Source: an uncultured Subdoligranulum sp. (GTDB lineage: Bacteria > Bacillota > Clostridia > Christensenellales > CAG-314). Taken from it: a DNA stretch of 64,000 nucleotides. Positions within the stretch are counted from its first letter, which is position 1; each line of letters starts with the position of its first letter. The notes under the pieces were generated by a model, which saw nothing but the letters and a program-made list of their open reading frames with translations, did not search any database and was not told where the DNA came from. The DNA lies in NCBI GenBank assembly GCA_964612455.1, contig CAZTCB010000003.1, positions 1,953-65,952 on the forward strand, read 5' to 3'. The position numbers were made by a program, and so were the translations under genes. Shown one piece after another: positions 38,009 to 46,517 of the stretch.

Positions 38009-38034
38009 AACATTTTTCCTCCATTTGTACGATA

Positions 38035-38063
38035 ATATTAACACTTTACATGATAAATTGCAA
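38035..38063 (-). promoter_or_regulatory. SigmaA-type promoter of spo0A
   Basis: Minus strand: TTGCAA, a 17-nt spacer, then TAATAT, about 25 nt upstream of the start codon. Confidence 0.55.
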
Positions 38064-38065
38064 GA

Positions 38066-38102
38066 ATTTTTGTACAAATTAATTATATATTTTTGTACAA
38101 AT
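38066..38102. repeat. Two perfect 14-nt direct repeats ATTTTTGTACAAAT, each with the 10-nt palindrome TTTGTACAAA
   Basis: Copies at 38066-38079 and 38089-38102 (23-nt period), abutting the spo0A -35 element. Confidence 0.9.
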
Positions 38103-38300
38103 GTGCGCTTTTTTGTAAGAATTTGTCGTTTTGTTTTGCGTTTAAGGGCAAAATAAAACGTTACGTACGATATACGGCGGGTTTTTGTCGATAAACCTCG
38201 CGACGCATGCGCAAAAAAAACGGTTATAATTTTTTTGAGAGAATTGCGATAAATTGCTTGCCTTAAAAATCAATTTGTGCTAATATACTCAAGTACAGTT

Positions 38301-38386
38301 GCCGAAGTGGTGGAATGGCAGACGCGGCGGACTCAAAATCCGCTGTTGGCGACAACGTGCGGGTTCAAGTCCCGCCTTCGGCACCA
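38301..38386 (+). tRNA. tRNA-Leu (anticodon CAA), type II, CCA encoded
   Basis: Acceptor GCCGAAG/CTTCGGC, anticodon stem GCGGA/TCCGC with loop CTCAAAA, T-loop GGTTCAAGTCC. Confidence 0.92.
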
Positions 38387-38425
38387 AACAGGAATAAAAC
38401 GAACCCGAGTTGTGGTTCGTTTTTT
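38366..38425 (+). repeat. Direct repeat copy 1: last 21 nt of tRNA-Leu plus its terminator
   Basis: caagtcccgccttcggcaccaaaCaggaataaaacgaacccgagttgtggttcgttttt. Confidence 0.9.
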
Positions 38426-38504
38426 ATTTTCGGCGGAACTTTCACCCGCGGTAACGCGATTGACCTATCGGTAACAATCGCTATTCCGTCGCTTGCGCTC
38501 CTTA

Positions 38505-38566
38505 CAAGTCCCGCCTTCGGCACCAAATAGGAATAAAACGAACCCGAGTTGTGGTTCGTTTTTTTA
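38505..38566 (+). repeat. Direct repeat copy 2: orphan tRNA-Leu 3' end plus terminator
   Basis: Same ~60 nt as copy 1 with one mismatch (C to T), 139 nt downstream of copy 1. Confidence 0.9.
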
Positions 38567-38683
38567 ATTCGTTCATTATATAAAATCGGCATTTACGGAA
38601 AAAAAACGGGTATTGCATCTATTTCTATCTTTCCGCAATCCTCTGCGGCGCGTGATATTAAATGTCTTTATCGTTTTGCAATC

Positions 38684-38720
38684 AAAAAAAACACACGAGT
38701 AGTTGAGTTATGCCGTGTGT
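38684..38720 (-). terminator. Terminator after the nitroreductase gene
   Basis: Stem acacacg/cgtgtgt, followed by a T8 run on the minus strand. Confidence 0.65.
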
Positions 38721-38755
38721 TTTTCGCATTTCAGGGCACTTTCGTTGTGTTTTTA

Positions 38756-39427
38756 TTACAACGCGACAAAGCCGCCGTCGGTCTTTTTGCCGGAAACCGC
38801 CTCAAAGTGATACCTCGCTATACCGAGATCCGTTTTTGTGTAAAAACCTTTTTTTGTTTTCGCATTTACGCTGCCGTCAGGCAAAAGCTCGAAAAAGAAT
38901 TTTTGTTGATTGACCGCAGTAGGCGCAAGTAAAGCCGCCGCAATACCGTCCGCAAACCACGTCGGCATATCGTCGGAGCAATTGCACACCGAGCAAATTG
39001 GTTTGCTCTTGTGCGGAGTACCCTGCGTAACCCCGTATCCGATAGCGATAACGCACCCTTGTTTTTCGCCCTTTAACACCGTCGCTGCGGTTTTACCATG
39101 GGTGAGAGCCACCCAACACGTATTCAAACCCATTGCCTGCGCGCTTAAAACCAGTTTTTCGCCGTAATAACCGAGTTTTTCGTCAAGGTCAGGGGATTTT
39201 TTTCCGACGAGGACAACGTAGTTTTTTACTCCGACAAACTTGCCGTAATGAGCCATAAAAGAATTGAAACATTTCGGTTCGTCGTAGATAATCTGAATAT
39301 GCAAGTCGGCGTCGGCATTTATCCTCAATATCAAATCGTCCAATACTGCGCGTTTTTCTTGTTCGATAGGCTTATCCCGATATTGTCGCACGCTATGACG
39401 CATTTGCATGAGTTTTAATATTTCCAT
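38756..39427 (-). CDS. Nitroreductase family protein
   Basis: 223 aa with N-terminus LMQMRHSVRQYRDKPI and a central GLNTCWV motif. Confidence 0.8.
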   Translation of the reverse strand: MEILKLMQMRHSVRQYRDKPIEQEKRAVLDDLILRINADADLHIQIIYDEPKCFNSFMAHYGKFVGVKNYVVLVGKKSPDLDEKLGYYGEKLVLSAQAMGLNTCWVALTHGKTAATVLKGEKQGCVIAIGYGVTQGTPHKSKPICSVCNCSDDMPTWFADGIAAALLAPTAVNQQKFFFELLPDGSVNAKTKKGFYTKTDLGIARYHFEAVSGKKTDGGFVAL

Positions 39428-39454
39428 TTTATCAACCTCTCTTTTATATTATTA

Positions 39455-39811
39455 TCAATCCGCACAGTTTCGCTCCGGCAAACTCCGCGATATTTCCGTC
39501 GCAAGCTGCAACATACAAACGAGTTGCTCAAACGCATCTGTTTCGGTATCGAAAAAATAGTACGTTTTCGTCCCCTCCTTGCGTACCTTCACTATGCCCG
39601 CTTTTTTCATAATCTGCAAATGATGCGATACTGCCGGACGGGAAAGATTTGTTTTTTCGGTAATCTCGCACACTCTGACGCCACTGCAACGTCCGATTTT
39701 TAGCATTTCCACAATCAAGCGTTGTCTCGTTTCGTCCCCTATCGCGATCAACAAATCCGAGCACGCCGAAAAGCCTTCGGCTAAAACGGATATTTTTTCG
39801 CGTATTTCCAT
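39455..39811 (-). CDS. ArsR/SmtB family transcriptional regulator
   Basis: 118 aa with winged HTH ...VCEITEKTNLSRPAVSHHLQIMKKAGIVKVRKEG. Confidence 0.85.
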   Translation of the reverse strand: MEIREKISVLAEGFSACSDLLIAIGDETRQRLIVEMLKIGRCSGVRVCEITEKTNLSRPAVSHHLQIMKKAGIVKVRKEGTKTYYFFDTETDAFEQLVCMLQLATEISRSLPERNCAD

Positions 39812-39993
39812 TTTCGTTACCTCGCTTTCGTTTAAGTATTTAAACCGATTTTATTATAACATAAATTTAAAAAAAATATCATTTGTAAAGAAAATCGAGA
39901 CGAAAAAGCGTACCGCAAAAAAACACCGCGCTAAACGATGCTTTCGGAGTGCGCACGACTAACCGTTTTTTCTCGCTTACGCTTAAAAAGAGT

Positions 39994-40031
39994 AAAAAAA
40001 AGCCTTGGTTAACTTTCACTACACCAAGGCT
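39994..40031 (-). terminator. Terminator after the tRNA-Ala/tRNA-Ile pair
   Basis: Stem agccttggt/accaaggct, followed by a T8 run on the minus strand. Confidence 0.8.
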
Positions 40032-40042
40032 ATCTTTATCGA

Positions 40043-40119
40043 TGGTAGGATTGAGTGGACTCGAACCACCGACCCCCACCTTATCAGGGTGGTGCTCTAA
40101 CCGACTGAGCTACAATCCT
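40043..40119 (-). tRNA. tRNA-Ile (anticodon GAU)
   Basis: AGGATTGTAGCTCAGTCGGTTAGAGCACCACCCTGATAAGGTGGGGGTCGGTGGTTCGAGTCCACTCAATCCTACCA. Confidence 0.92.
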
Positions 40120-40126
40120 ATATATA

Positions 40127-40202
40127 TGGTGGAGATAATCGGATTCGAACCGATGACCCCTTGCTTGCAAAGCAAGTGCTCTTCCAGCTGAGCTATACCC
40201 CC
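40127..40202 (-). tRNA. tRNA-Ala (anticodon UGC)
   Basis: GGGGGTATAGCTCAGCTGGAAGAGCACTTGCTTTGCAAGCAAGGGGTCATCGGTTCGAATCCGATTATCTCCACCA. The G3:U70 pair is present. Confidence 0.92.
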
Positions 40203-40324
40203 TCAACGACCTCTCGTCAACTAACGCTTAGATATAATAACACTTCCGTCTCGACTTGTCAAACATTTTGTTACAAAAAATATAAATAATTTCAAAATTA
40301 TTTTCCTAAATATTACGATATGAC

Positions 40325-40353
40325 TTGAAAAAAAATCCGATTTGATTTATACT
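40325..40353 (+). promoter_or_regulatory. SigmaA-type promoter of the phosphofructokinase gene
   Basis: TTGAAA, a 17-nt spacer, then TATACT. Confidence 0.6.
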
Positions 40354-40384
40354 GTTTACAGTCCGATTTTTGGAGGATAAGAAA

Positions 40385-41632
40385 ATGGAAAAATTAAAAG
40401 GCGCTCTCGTGTTTGCCCAATCGGGCGGACCTACGTCCGTCATCAACAGCAGTGCATGCGGCGTATTTGAAACGGCGTTGAAACAAGACGAAATCACACG
40501 CGTGTTGGGTGCACACCACGGTATCAAAGGCGTTTTAAACGACGATTTATTTGACATCGGTCGTGAAGACGCGCGGGAAATCGCGCTCCTAAAAACCACC
40601 CCCTCGTCCGCGCTCGGCAGCGTCAGGTACAAACTTGCCGATCCGTCGGTCGACGACACCGATTATCGTCGTATTCTCGAGGTTTTTAAAAAATATAACG
40701 TTCGCTATTTTTTGTACAACGGCGGCAACGACAGTATGGACACCTGTTTTAAAGTCGGCAAGTTTTTGACCGAAAACAACTACCCGTGCCGCGTGATAGG
40801 CGTTCCCAAGACGATTGACAACGATCTCGGCTTTACCGACCACTGCCCCGGTTTCGCAAGCGCCGCCAAGTATATCGCCACGAGTTGTATGGAGCTCACT
40901 CTTGACGGCAAAGTATACGACAAAGGCAGTATAGTCATCGTCGAGATAATGGGGCGTCACGCCGGTTGGCTCACGGCGGCAAGCTACGTCGCCACTGCAA
41001 AAGGTCTCGGTCCCGACCTTATTTACGTCCCCGAGCGGGATTTCGATATAGACGAGTTTGTTAAAAAAGTCAAGAGCGTCTACGCCAAAACGGGCAATTG
41101 TTTCGTCGCGGTGAGCGAAGGTATCCATGACAAAGACGGCAAATTTATCAGCGACTACGCGAAAGTCGTCGAAGATAAAAAAGATATGTTTAACCACACT
41201 CAACTCGGAGGCGTTTGCTCGTACCTCGCCAACATAGTTAAGGCGGAAACGGGTGCGAAAGTACGTGCGATAGAATTGAGCCTTCTCCAACGTTGCGCGG
41301 CGCACTGCGCTTCGGCAACCGACGTAGAAGAAGCGTACGAGGCTGGCAAAGCAGCCGTTTTGACGGCGATAAACGGAAAAAGCGGCGTAATGACCGCGTT
41401 TAAACGCAGTTTGGTCGACGGCAAATACGTTTGTTCGATAGACGAAATTGACCTGTCTAAAGTAGCCAACTACGAGAAAAAACTCCCCGACGAGTACGTG
41501 ACCGCCGACGGCACGGGCATCACGCCCGCGTTTTTGGATTACGTTTTGCCGTTGATAAACGGCGAAAGTCGCCCTCCTTTTGTCGACGGCGTGCCTCGTT
41601 TTGCAAATCTCAAAAAAATCAAGGCGGAATAA
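40385..41632 (+). CDS. pfp: Phosphofructokinase, probably pyrophosphate-dependent (long PFK family)
   Basis: N-terminus FAQSGGPTSVINSS. GGNDS (Asp at the E. coli G104-equivalent position) and GVPKTIDND (Lys at the G124-equivalent position) are the residues associated with PPi specificity. GGAGG RBS before the ATG at 40385. Confidence 0.75.
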   Translation: MEKLKGALVFAQSGGPTSVINSSACGVFETALKQDEITRVLGAHHGIKGVLNDDLFDIGREDAREIALLKTTPSSALGSVRYKLADPSVDDTDYRRILEVFKKYNVRYFLYNGGNDSMDTCFKVGKFLTENNYPCRVIGVPKTIDNDLGFTDHCPGFASAAKYIATSCMELTLDGKVYDKGSIVIVEIMGRHAGWLTAASYVATAKGLGPDLIYVPERDFDIDEFVKKVKSVYAKTGNCFVAVSEGIHDKDGKFISDYAKVVEDKKDMFNHTQLGGVCSYLANIVKAETGAKVRAIELSLLQRCAAHCASATDVEEAYEAGKAAVLTAINGKSGVMTAFKRSLVDGKYVCSIDEIDLSKVANYEKKLPDEYVTADGTGITPAFLDYVLPLINGESRPPFVDGVPRFANLKKIKAE

Positions 41633-41705
41633 AACGGTTTTGTTTTACGGCGACAAATCAGTCGGTTTTGTTTTAATCGTCGCCGCAACCCGCAAGAAAA
41701 AAAAC

Positions 41706-41741
41706 GTTGCCGATTTAAAAAATCGGCAACGACGGTTTTTT
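41706..41741 (+). terminator. Intrinsic terminator after pfp
   Basis: Stem gttgccgatt/aatcggcaac followed by a T-run. Confidence 0.75.
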
Positions 41742-41758
41742 CTTTTTTCTCTCGTTTC

Positions 41759-41835
41759 GTACCCGTAGTGTAATTGGATAACATTACGGCCTCCGACGCC
41801 GTCGAGTCCGGGTTCGAGCCCCGGCGGGTACACCA
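41759..41835 (+). tRNA. tRNA-Arg (anticodon CCG)
   Basis: Acceptor GTACCCG/CGGGTAC, anticodon stem ACGGC/GCCGT with loop CTCCGAC, T-arm CCGGGTTCGAGCCCCGG, ACCA end. Confidence 0.9.
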
Positions 41836-41837
41836 CT

Positions 41838-41882
41838 GCAAAGAGTCCTTGAATGCTTAAACGGCGTTCAAGGACTCTTTGC
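41838..41882. terminator. 16-bp hairpin after tRNA-Arg (no clear U-tract)
   Basis: gcaaagagtccttgaa/ttcaaggactctttgc. Confidence 0.5.
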
Positions 41883-41921
41883 GATTAAAAAAGTTTTTCA
41901 ATTTTAAATAACGCTTTTATC

Positions 41922-42503
41922 TCAGACAGTACGATTGTTTTCGTTACCGATATCTTCGTACGATATTTTCATGTCGATAAAAGCGGCGTAGCGTTTTTGG
42001 ATAAATTTTATCTCACGCGTCTTAAAGAAAAACACGTCTACCGCTTCCCACAAAAAAACCCATGCGGCTATATCGACTACCTCCGACCAGATAACGCTTT
42101 CATACCTATACTCGAGCCAAACGGAAAAAGCCAATACCAGTACGCCGAGTATCGCCAAAATCAACGCGACAAATCCGAGATGCCTTAACTCTCTTTTATT
42201 TTCGGCGTAGCGTTCGGCATAATACTTTTTTACGGCGGCGGCGTAAACGATTTTTTCTCCGTCGTCTATACAATCGCTCTTTATATGCAATGCCAATTGT
42301 TCGTTTGGCAAAACTCCGCGCGCTGTGTTTTCTAAAAAACATGCGACTTCGTCACTGACAACCGGCGTATCGCTTGCCGAAAAAACGGACAGAAAGTCGG
42401 CGTCGTCCTTGACGTGCATATCAATAATCACGCGACCTTCGTCGTCGCGCGGATACAGGGTATTTAAAAAGTTTTTAAAACGTATATTTTTTAACGGTTT
42501 CAT
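41922..42503 (-). CDS. Hypothetical membrane protein (soluble N-terminal domain plus 2 TM helices)
   Basis: 193-aa ORF with TM helices LGFVALILAILGVLVLAFSVW and VVDIAAWVFLWEAV. No family recognised. Confidence 0.5.
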   Translation of the reverse strand: MKPLKNIRFKNFLNTLYPRDDEGRVIIDMHVKDDADFLSVFSASDTPVVSDEVACFLENTARGVLPNEQLALHIKSDCIDDGEKIVYAAAVKKYYAERYAENKRELRHLGFVALILAILGVLVLAFSVWLEYRYESVIWSEVVDIAAWVFLWEAVDVFFFKTREIKFIQKRYAAFIDMKISYEDIGNENNRTV

Positions 42504-42552
42504 CTGTATTTTTCTCGTTTAAAACAATCTCGAGTTTTTATCTCCACAACCG

Positions 42553-43290
42553 TCAACGACGACTGGATCTCCTTCCGAATATCGTCAGAACGTAAAGCAA
42601 AAAACGCAAAAAGTAAACTAAAGAGGTCAACAACGACGCAAGATACGTGAGGGCGGCGGCGGACAGCACCTTGCTTGCGCCGGGGAGTTCGTCCCGAGTC
42701 AATATTCCTTCCGCAACGAGCATTTTTTTCGCACGGCGACTTGCGTCTATCTCAACGGGTAGCGTCACCAAGGCGAACAAAAACGATCCTCCGTACAACG
42801 CCACTCCGACCAAAGCGACGTAAAAACCGACGCTTTCTTCGGCGGTCGCCGAAAACAAATCAATAAAAAGCCCTATCAGTACCAACGGCAGCGCAAGTCT
42901 CGAGCCAAAATTTACGATGGGAACGAGCGCAGTACGAATATGATAAAAAACATATCCCTTTTTGCGTTGAACGGCGTGCCCCGTTTCGTGAGCGGCGACG
43001 GCAACCGCAGCCAAAGAGTAACTGCCGAAAGTAGATTCCGAAAGATTTATTATTTTTTTACGCGGATTATAGTGATCGGTCAATCTGCCTCTCACCCGTC
43101 CTACCGAAATATCGCGCAACCCGTTGACGCCCAACAGTCTCACCGCCGTATCGTACCCCGTCATTCGCGAATGGGTAGAAACGCGGTCGTATTTTGAAAA
43201 AGCATTGTTTATTTTTGCACTTGCGACGGCGGAAAAAATAACGCAAATCGTCATTGCCGCCAAAAACCAGATATAATCACGCAATAACAC
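42553..43290 (-). CDS. YugP-like putative neutral zinc metallopeptidase
   Basis: 245 aa with HETGHAVQ and flanking TM helices typical of the family. GTG start with a GGAGG RBS. Its own TTGACT-17-TAGAAT promoter lies upstream. Confidence 0.8.
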   Translation of the reverse strand: MLLRDYIWFLAAMTICVIFSAVASAKINNAFSKYDRVSTHSRMTGYDTAVRLLGVNGLRDISVGRVRGRLTDHYNPRKKIINLSESTFGSYSLAAVAVAAHETGHAVQRKKGYVFYHIRTALVPIVNFGSRLALPLVLIGLFIDLFSATAEESVGFYVALVGVALYGGSFLFALVTLPVEIDASRRAKKMLVAEGILTRDELPGASKVLSAAALTYLASLLTSLVYFLRFLLYVLTIFGRRSSRR

Positions 43291-43423
43291 GACATTCCTC
43301 CTTTTAAACTATATCCTTTTATTTCCGCTTTTATTCTATATCTTTACGTTCGTAAAGTCAAGTGCGACGGATATCGGTTTTAAAAAAAAAGTCAAAAACG
43401 GCTTTTTTGTTCCGTTGTACGCA

Positions 43424-43984
43424 TTAATCCTCGTCCTCGGCGACGTTTATAATCGTTTTGCCGTTTTTCAGTGCATACGCATGCGCAAGCGCCGTCCCCG
43501 AGCGGCGAAAACCGAAAGTCTCTTTTGCAGGCGACGCGACTCCGTCCGACTCGCCGTCATTACGATAATAAAATACGCAACAATCGCTGTCGTCAATCAT
43601 CGCTTTGTTTCTTTCGACGTAACTCGCTTTGCCCGCCGCGTATTTAGTCTCGTGCTCCACCTCTGTTTCGACGCCCAGCAAAGTTACTTTTTTATTGCAT
43701 ATATCCGCGTATATTTTTTCCCACTTTTTTCTTTCCGACTCCAATATACACGTTTCGCTGCCGCAAGTATACGCTCTCCTCTCTATCTGAGGATAAAGCT
43801 CCTTAAGCTCCGTCACCGACGCATGGCACAACGCGTCAAAATTACTGCGACTGCCAAATAAAAATACGGTAACGCCCTCTTTTAAAATTAAATTTTCGAT
43901 ACAATCTCTTACTCGTTTTTTTAAGTTTTCCGTGATTTTTACGTCCCGATGACCGAAAAACGCACATACTTTTATTTTTGACAC
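43424..43984 (-). CDS. SLOG-superfamily protein (YoqJ/DUF1273-like)
   Basis: 186 aa with N-terminus KVCAFFGHRD followed by FLFGSRSNFD, a Rossmann-like pattern as in YoqJ-type proteins. Confidence 0.5.
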   Translation of the reverse strand: MSKIKVCAFFGHRDVKITENLKKRVRDCIENLILKEGVTVFLFGSRSNFDALCHASVTELKELYPQIERRAYTCGSETCILESERKKWEKIYADICNKKVTLLGVETEVEHETKYAAGKASYVERNKAMIDDSDCCVFYYRNDGESDGVASPAKETFGFRRSGTALAHAYALKNGKTIINVAEDED

Positions 43985-44165
43985 TTTCGACTACTCCGTA
44001 ACTCCGTTTTTATTTTAATGAATACTCTCGCTCTATTATACCACAATTTTTATGTTTATTGGTATTCGTTTTGATTATTTGAGAGAAAATTTATGTGCGT
44101 GAGTTTTTACGCGAAAATCATTATTAATCTATAATTATTGTTGCATTAGGCATACGGAGTTTGCT

Positions 44166-44465
44166 ATGGATATTAAGGAAATTTTGTCAAGAATAGGATA
44201 CGTAAGAAACAAAGCCAATTTGTCTGCGCGAGAAGTAAGCCAACGCATGGGAATGAGTCCTCAGTACGTCGCTCAACTCGAAAGCGGCAGAATCGTTTTG
44301 ACGGTAGAAAAGCTGTTGTCGATACTGGAGATATGCGAGTTTCCCGTAGAAAGATTTTTCAGTACCGACATCGCCGACTACGATTTGGACATCGAGTTAA
44401 AAAACCTGATAGAAGCGTTACCGACCGACAAAAAGAAACATATCGTAGAATTTATAAAAAAATGA
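44166..44465 (+). CDS. XRE family helix-turn-helix transcriptional regulator
   Basis: 99 aa with the HTH motif LSAREVSQRMGMSPQYVAQLESGR. Confidence 0.85.
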   Translation: MDIKEILSRIGYVRNKANLSAREVSQRMGMSPQYVAQLESGRIVLTVEKLLSILEICEFPVERFFSTDIADYDLDIELKNLIEALPTDKKKHIVEFIKK

Positions 44466-44495
44466 TTTATATTTAAATCCGTATTTTTCTATACA

Positions 44496-44535
44496 AATTA
44501 CAAGTCCGTGTTCGTACGAACACGGACTTGTAATT
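44496..44535. repeat. Perfect 40-nt palindrome (20+20)
   Basis: aattacaagtccgtgttcgt/acgaacacggacttgtaatt, located between the convergent XRE gene and rho. Confidence 0.9.
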
Positions 44536-44692
44536 ACCGTTAAATTATAAAAAAGAAAACGCAATATAACTGACGCAAATCGTCTTAGCGTTTAAAACAA
44601 ACGTTTTGTCCGACGCTCGCCGATGGTACAAAATTTTTAGTTTTTAAAGCGCGCAGGGAAAAATTTAACCGATTGTCAATTGCTAAACCGAT

Positions 44693-46309
44693 TTACTTGC
44701 GCTTATTCAGCACCTTTAACATATCGAAAAACTCGTCGTTGTCGGACGTGTGCATCAACATATCTATCAATTGACGACAAGCGTCCTGATTGGCAGTATC
44801 GGCGAGTTCGCGTCTGACCATCCACATTCCCTCGAGTTCTTTTTGGGTGAGTAGCATTTCTTCGCGACGAGTCCCGCTCTTTCTTAAATCGATGGAAGGA
44901 AAAATCCTGCGGTCGGCAAGCTCTCTGTCGAGATGAATTTCCATATTGCCCGTCCCTTTAAATTCCTCGTAAATAATATCGTCCATACGGCTACCCGTGT
45001 CCACCAAAGCGGTGGCAAGAATGGTAAGACTACCGCCGTTGACAACCCTGCGAGCCGAACCGAAAAACGCCTTCGGCTCTTCTAACGCGGCTATATCCAG
45101 TCCTCCCGACAACGTACGGCCGCTGTTTTCGGCTGTTTTATTGTATGCGCGCGCGAGTCGAGTAATGCTGTCCACCAAAATCAAAACGTTTTGTCCTTGT
45201 TCTACGCGGTGTTTGGCGTTGCACAATACCAGCTCCGAAACGGAAATATGATGAAACGGCGTCTGGTCAAACGTACTGTAAACTACTTCCGCATCGGGAA
45301 TGCTCTCTTTTAAATCGGTTACTTCTTCGGGGCGTTCGTCAATGAGAAGGACAAAAACTTTGATATCTTTACCGTATGTTTTTATAACCGATCTCGCGAT
45401 ATTTTTCAGCAACGTAGTCTTGCCCGTTTTCGGAGGAGCGACAATCAATCCCCTTTGCCCCATACCTATCGGAGCGACGATATCTATGGCGCGCAAAGAG
45501 TAATCGTATTTATCCGCGCCATTTGACAACACTATCCTCTCTTTGGGGTACGCCGCGGAAAAATCGCCGAAATAAGGACGTCTGCCCAAGGCACTGCAAG
45601 GTTCGTCGTTGACGGAATGAATAAAAATCAACGAAGGAGCACGGTTTTTATCGTATATCCTCGCCGTGCAGTCCAACTTGTCGCCCTGTCTCAAATTAAA
45701 CCGCCTTATTTGTTGCGCACCGACGTAAACGTCGTTTTTAGACTGGTAAAAATTGACCGTCCTTAAAAACCCGAACCCGTCGGGTGCAATCTCGAGTATA
45801 CCCGAAATCCTGATATCGTTGTCTTTAGGCACATGGGGCTGTTCTTGCTCGTCAACCGTGCGATCGGGCAAAACGTCGCCGTAAAAGTCGCTTTTACCCT
45901 TCTCGTCGATATCATCTATCTCTCGCTGAGAAGGACAACTCAAATCGACGTCCGCGACGTCGTCCGTCTGCTTGACACCGTAGTCGAGATTGTCCGTCGA
46001 GACGGTCTTTTTCGTATCGGAGAGAGGAACTACCTTTGTCTTTACCTTACGCCCGCGTACGCTGATTGACGGTTCGTCCCTGCCGTCCTGAATATTCAGA
46101 ATGCATTGGATGAGTTGCTCCATGTTTTTACTCGACGGTGACTTTACTCCCTTTACTCTGCCTATCGTCCGCAACTGCGTAACGAGGCTCATTTTACGTA
46201 ATTCTTCTTCCGTATATTGAGTATCGAGAATTTCTTCCGCCTCAGCCGTCGTCATGTTGTTGTTTTGAGCAACTTTGTTGATATAATCCGAGTCATATTT
46301 CCGAATCAT
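44693..46309 (-). CDS. rho: Transcription termination factor Rho (with a long N-terminal insertion)
   Basis: 538 aa with the RecA-type core (GQRGLIVAPPKTGKTTLL), the RNA-binding OB segment GILEIAPDGFGFLR and a Rho_N helix bundle. Confidence 0.95.
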   Translation of the reverse strand: MIRKYDSDYINKVAQNNNMTTAEAEEILDTQYTEEELRKMSLVTQLRTIGRVKGVKSPSSKNMEQLIQCILNIQDGRDEPSISVRGRKVKTKVVPLSDTKKTVSTDNLDYGVKQTDDVADVDLSCPSQREIDDIDEKGKSDFYGDVLPDRTVDEQEQPHVPKDNDIRISGILEIAPDGFGFLRTVNFYQSKNDVYVGAQQIRRFNLRQGDKLDCTARIYDKNRAPSLIFIHSVNDEPCSALGRRPYFGDFSAAYPKERIVLSNGADKYDYSLRAIDIVAPIGMGQRGLIVAPPKTGKTTLLKNIARSVIKTYGKDIKVFVLLIDERPEEVTDLKESIPDAEVVYSTFDQTPFHHISVSELVLCNAKHRVEQGQNVLILVDSITRLARAYNKTAENSGRTLSGGLDIAALEEPKAFFGSARRVVNGGSLTILATALVDTGSRMDDIIYEEFKGTGNMEIHLDRELADRRIFPSIDLRKSGTRREEMLLTQKELEGMWMVRRELADTANQDACRQLIDMLMHTSDNDEFFDMLKVLNKRK

Positions 46310-46496
46310 AAAACCCTCCGAAAAAACAAAAAGAAAATTAAAAAACCAATTTTAAAATAAAATACGATTTAATTGTTTGCATTATACCACCTCTTTAATA
46401 AAAAGTAAACCGTTTAACAAATTAATATTCACTCAACTTGTCGCCGTTTTTATCCTATCCGACAAAAAGGCCCGCTTTCAAAGCGCGTCGGACAAC

Positions 46497-46517
46497 GAAA
46501 AAAGAGCCTTTCGGCTC
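46497..46517 (-). terminator. Intrinsic terminator after the OB-fold gene
   Basis: Minus strand: GAGCC-GAAA-GGCTC followed by T6, directly after the stop codon. Confidence 0.8.

Noticed and set aside
38301-40202. tRNA-flanked arsR-nitroreductase segment as a mobile genomic island
   Set aside because: No integrase, transposase or conjugation gene is present, and the only repeat pair brackets 79 bp rather than these genes. The att-like scar is kept as a separate finding.
40589-41305. 238-aa minus-strand ORF antisense to pfp
   Set aside because: Shadow ORF within a conserved glycolytic gene.
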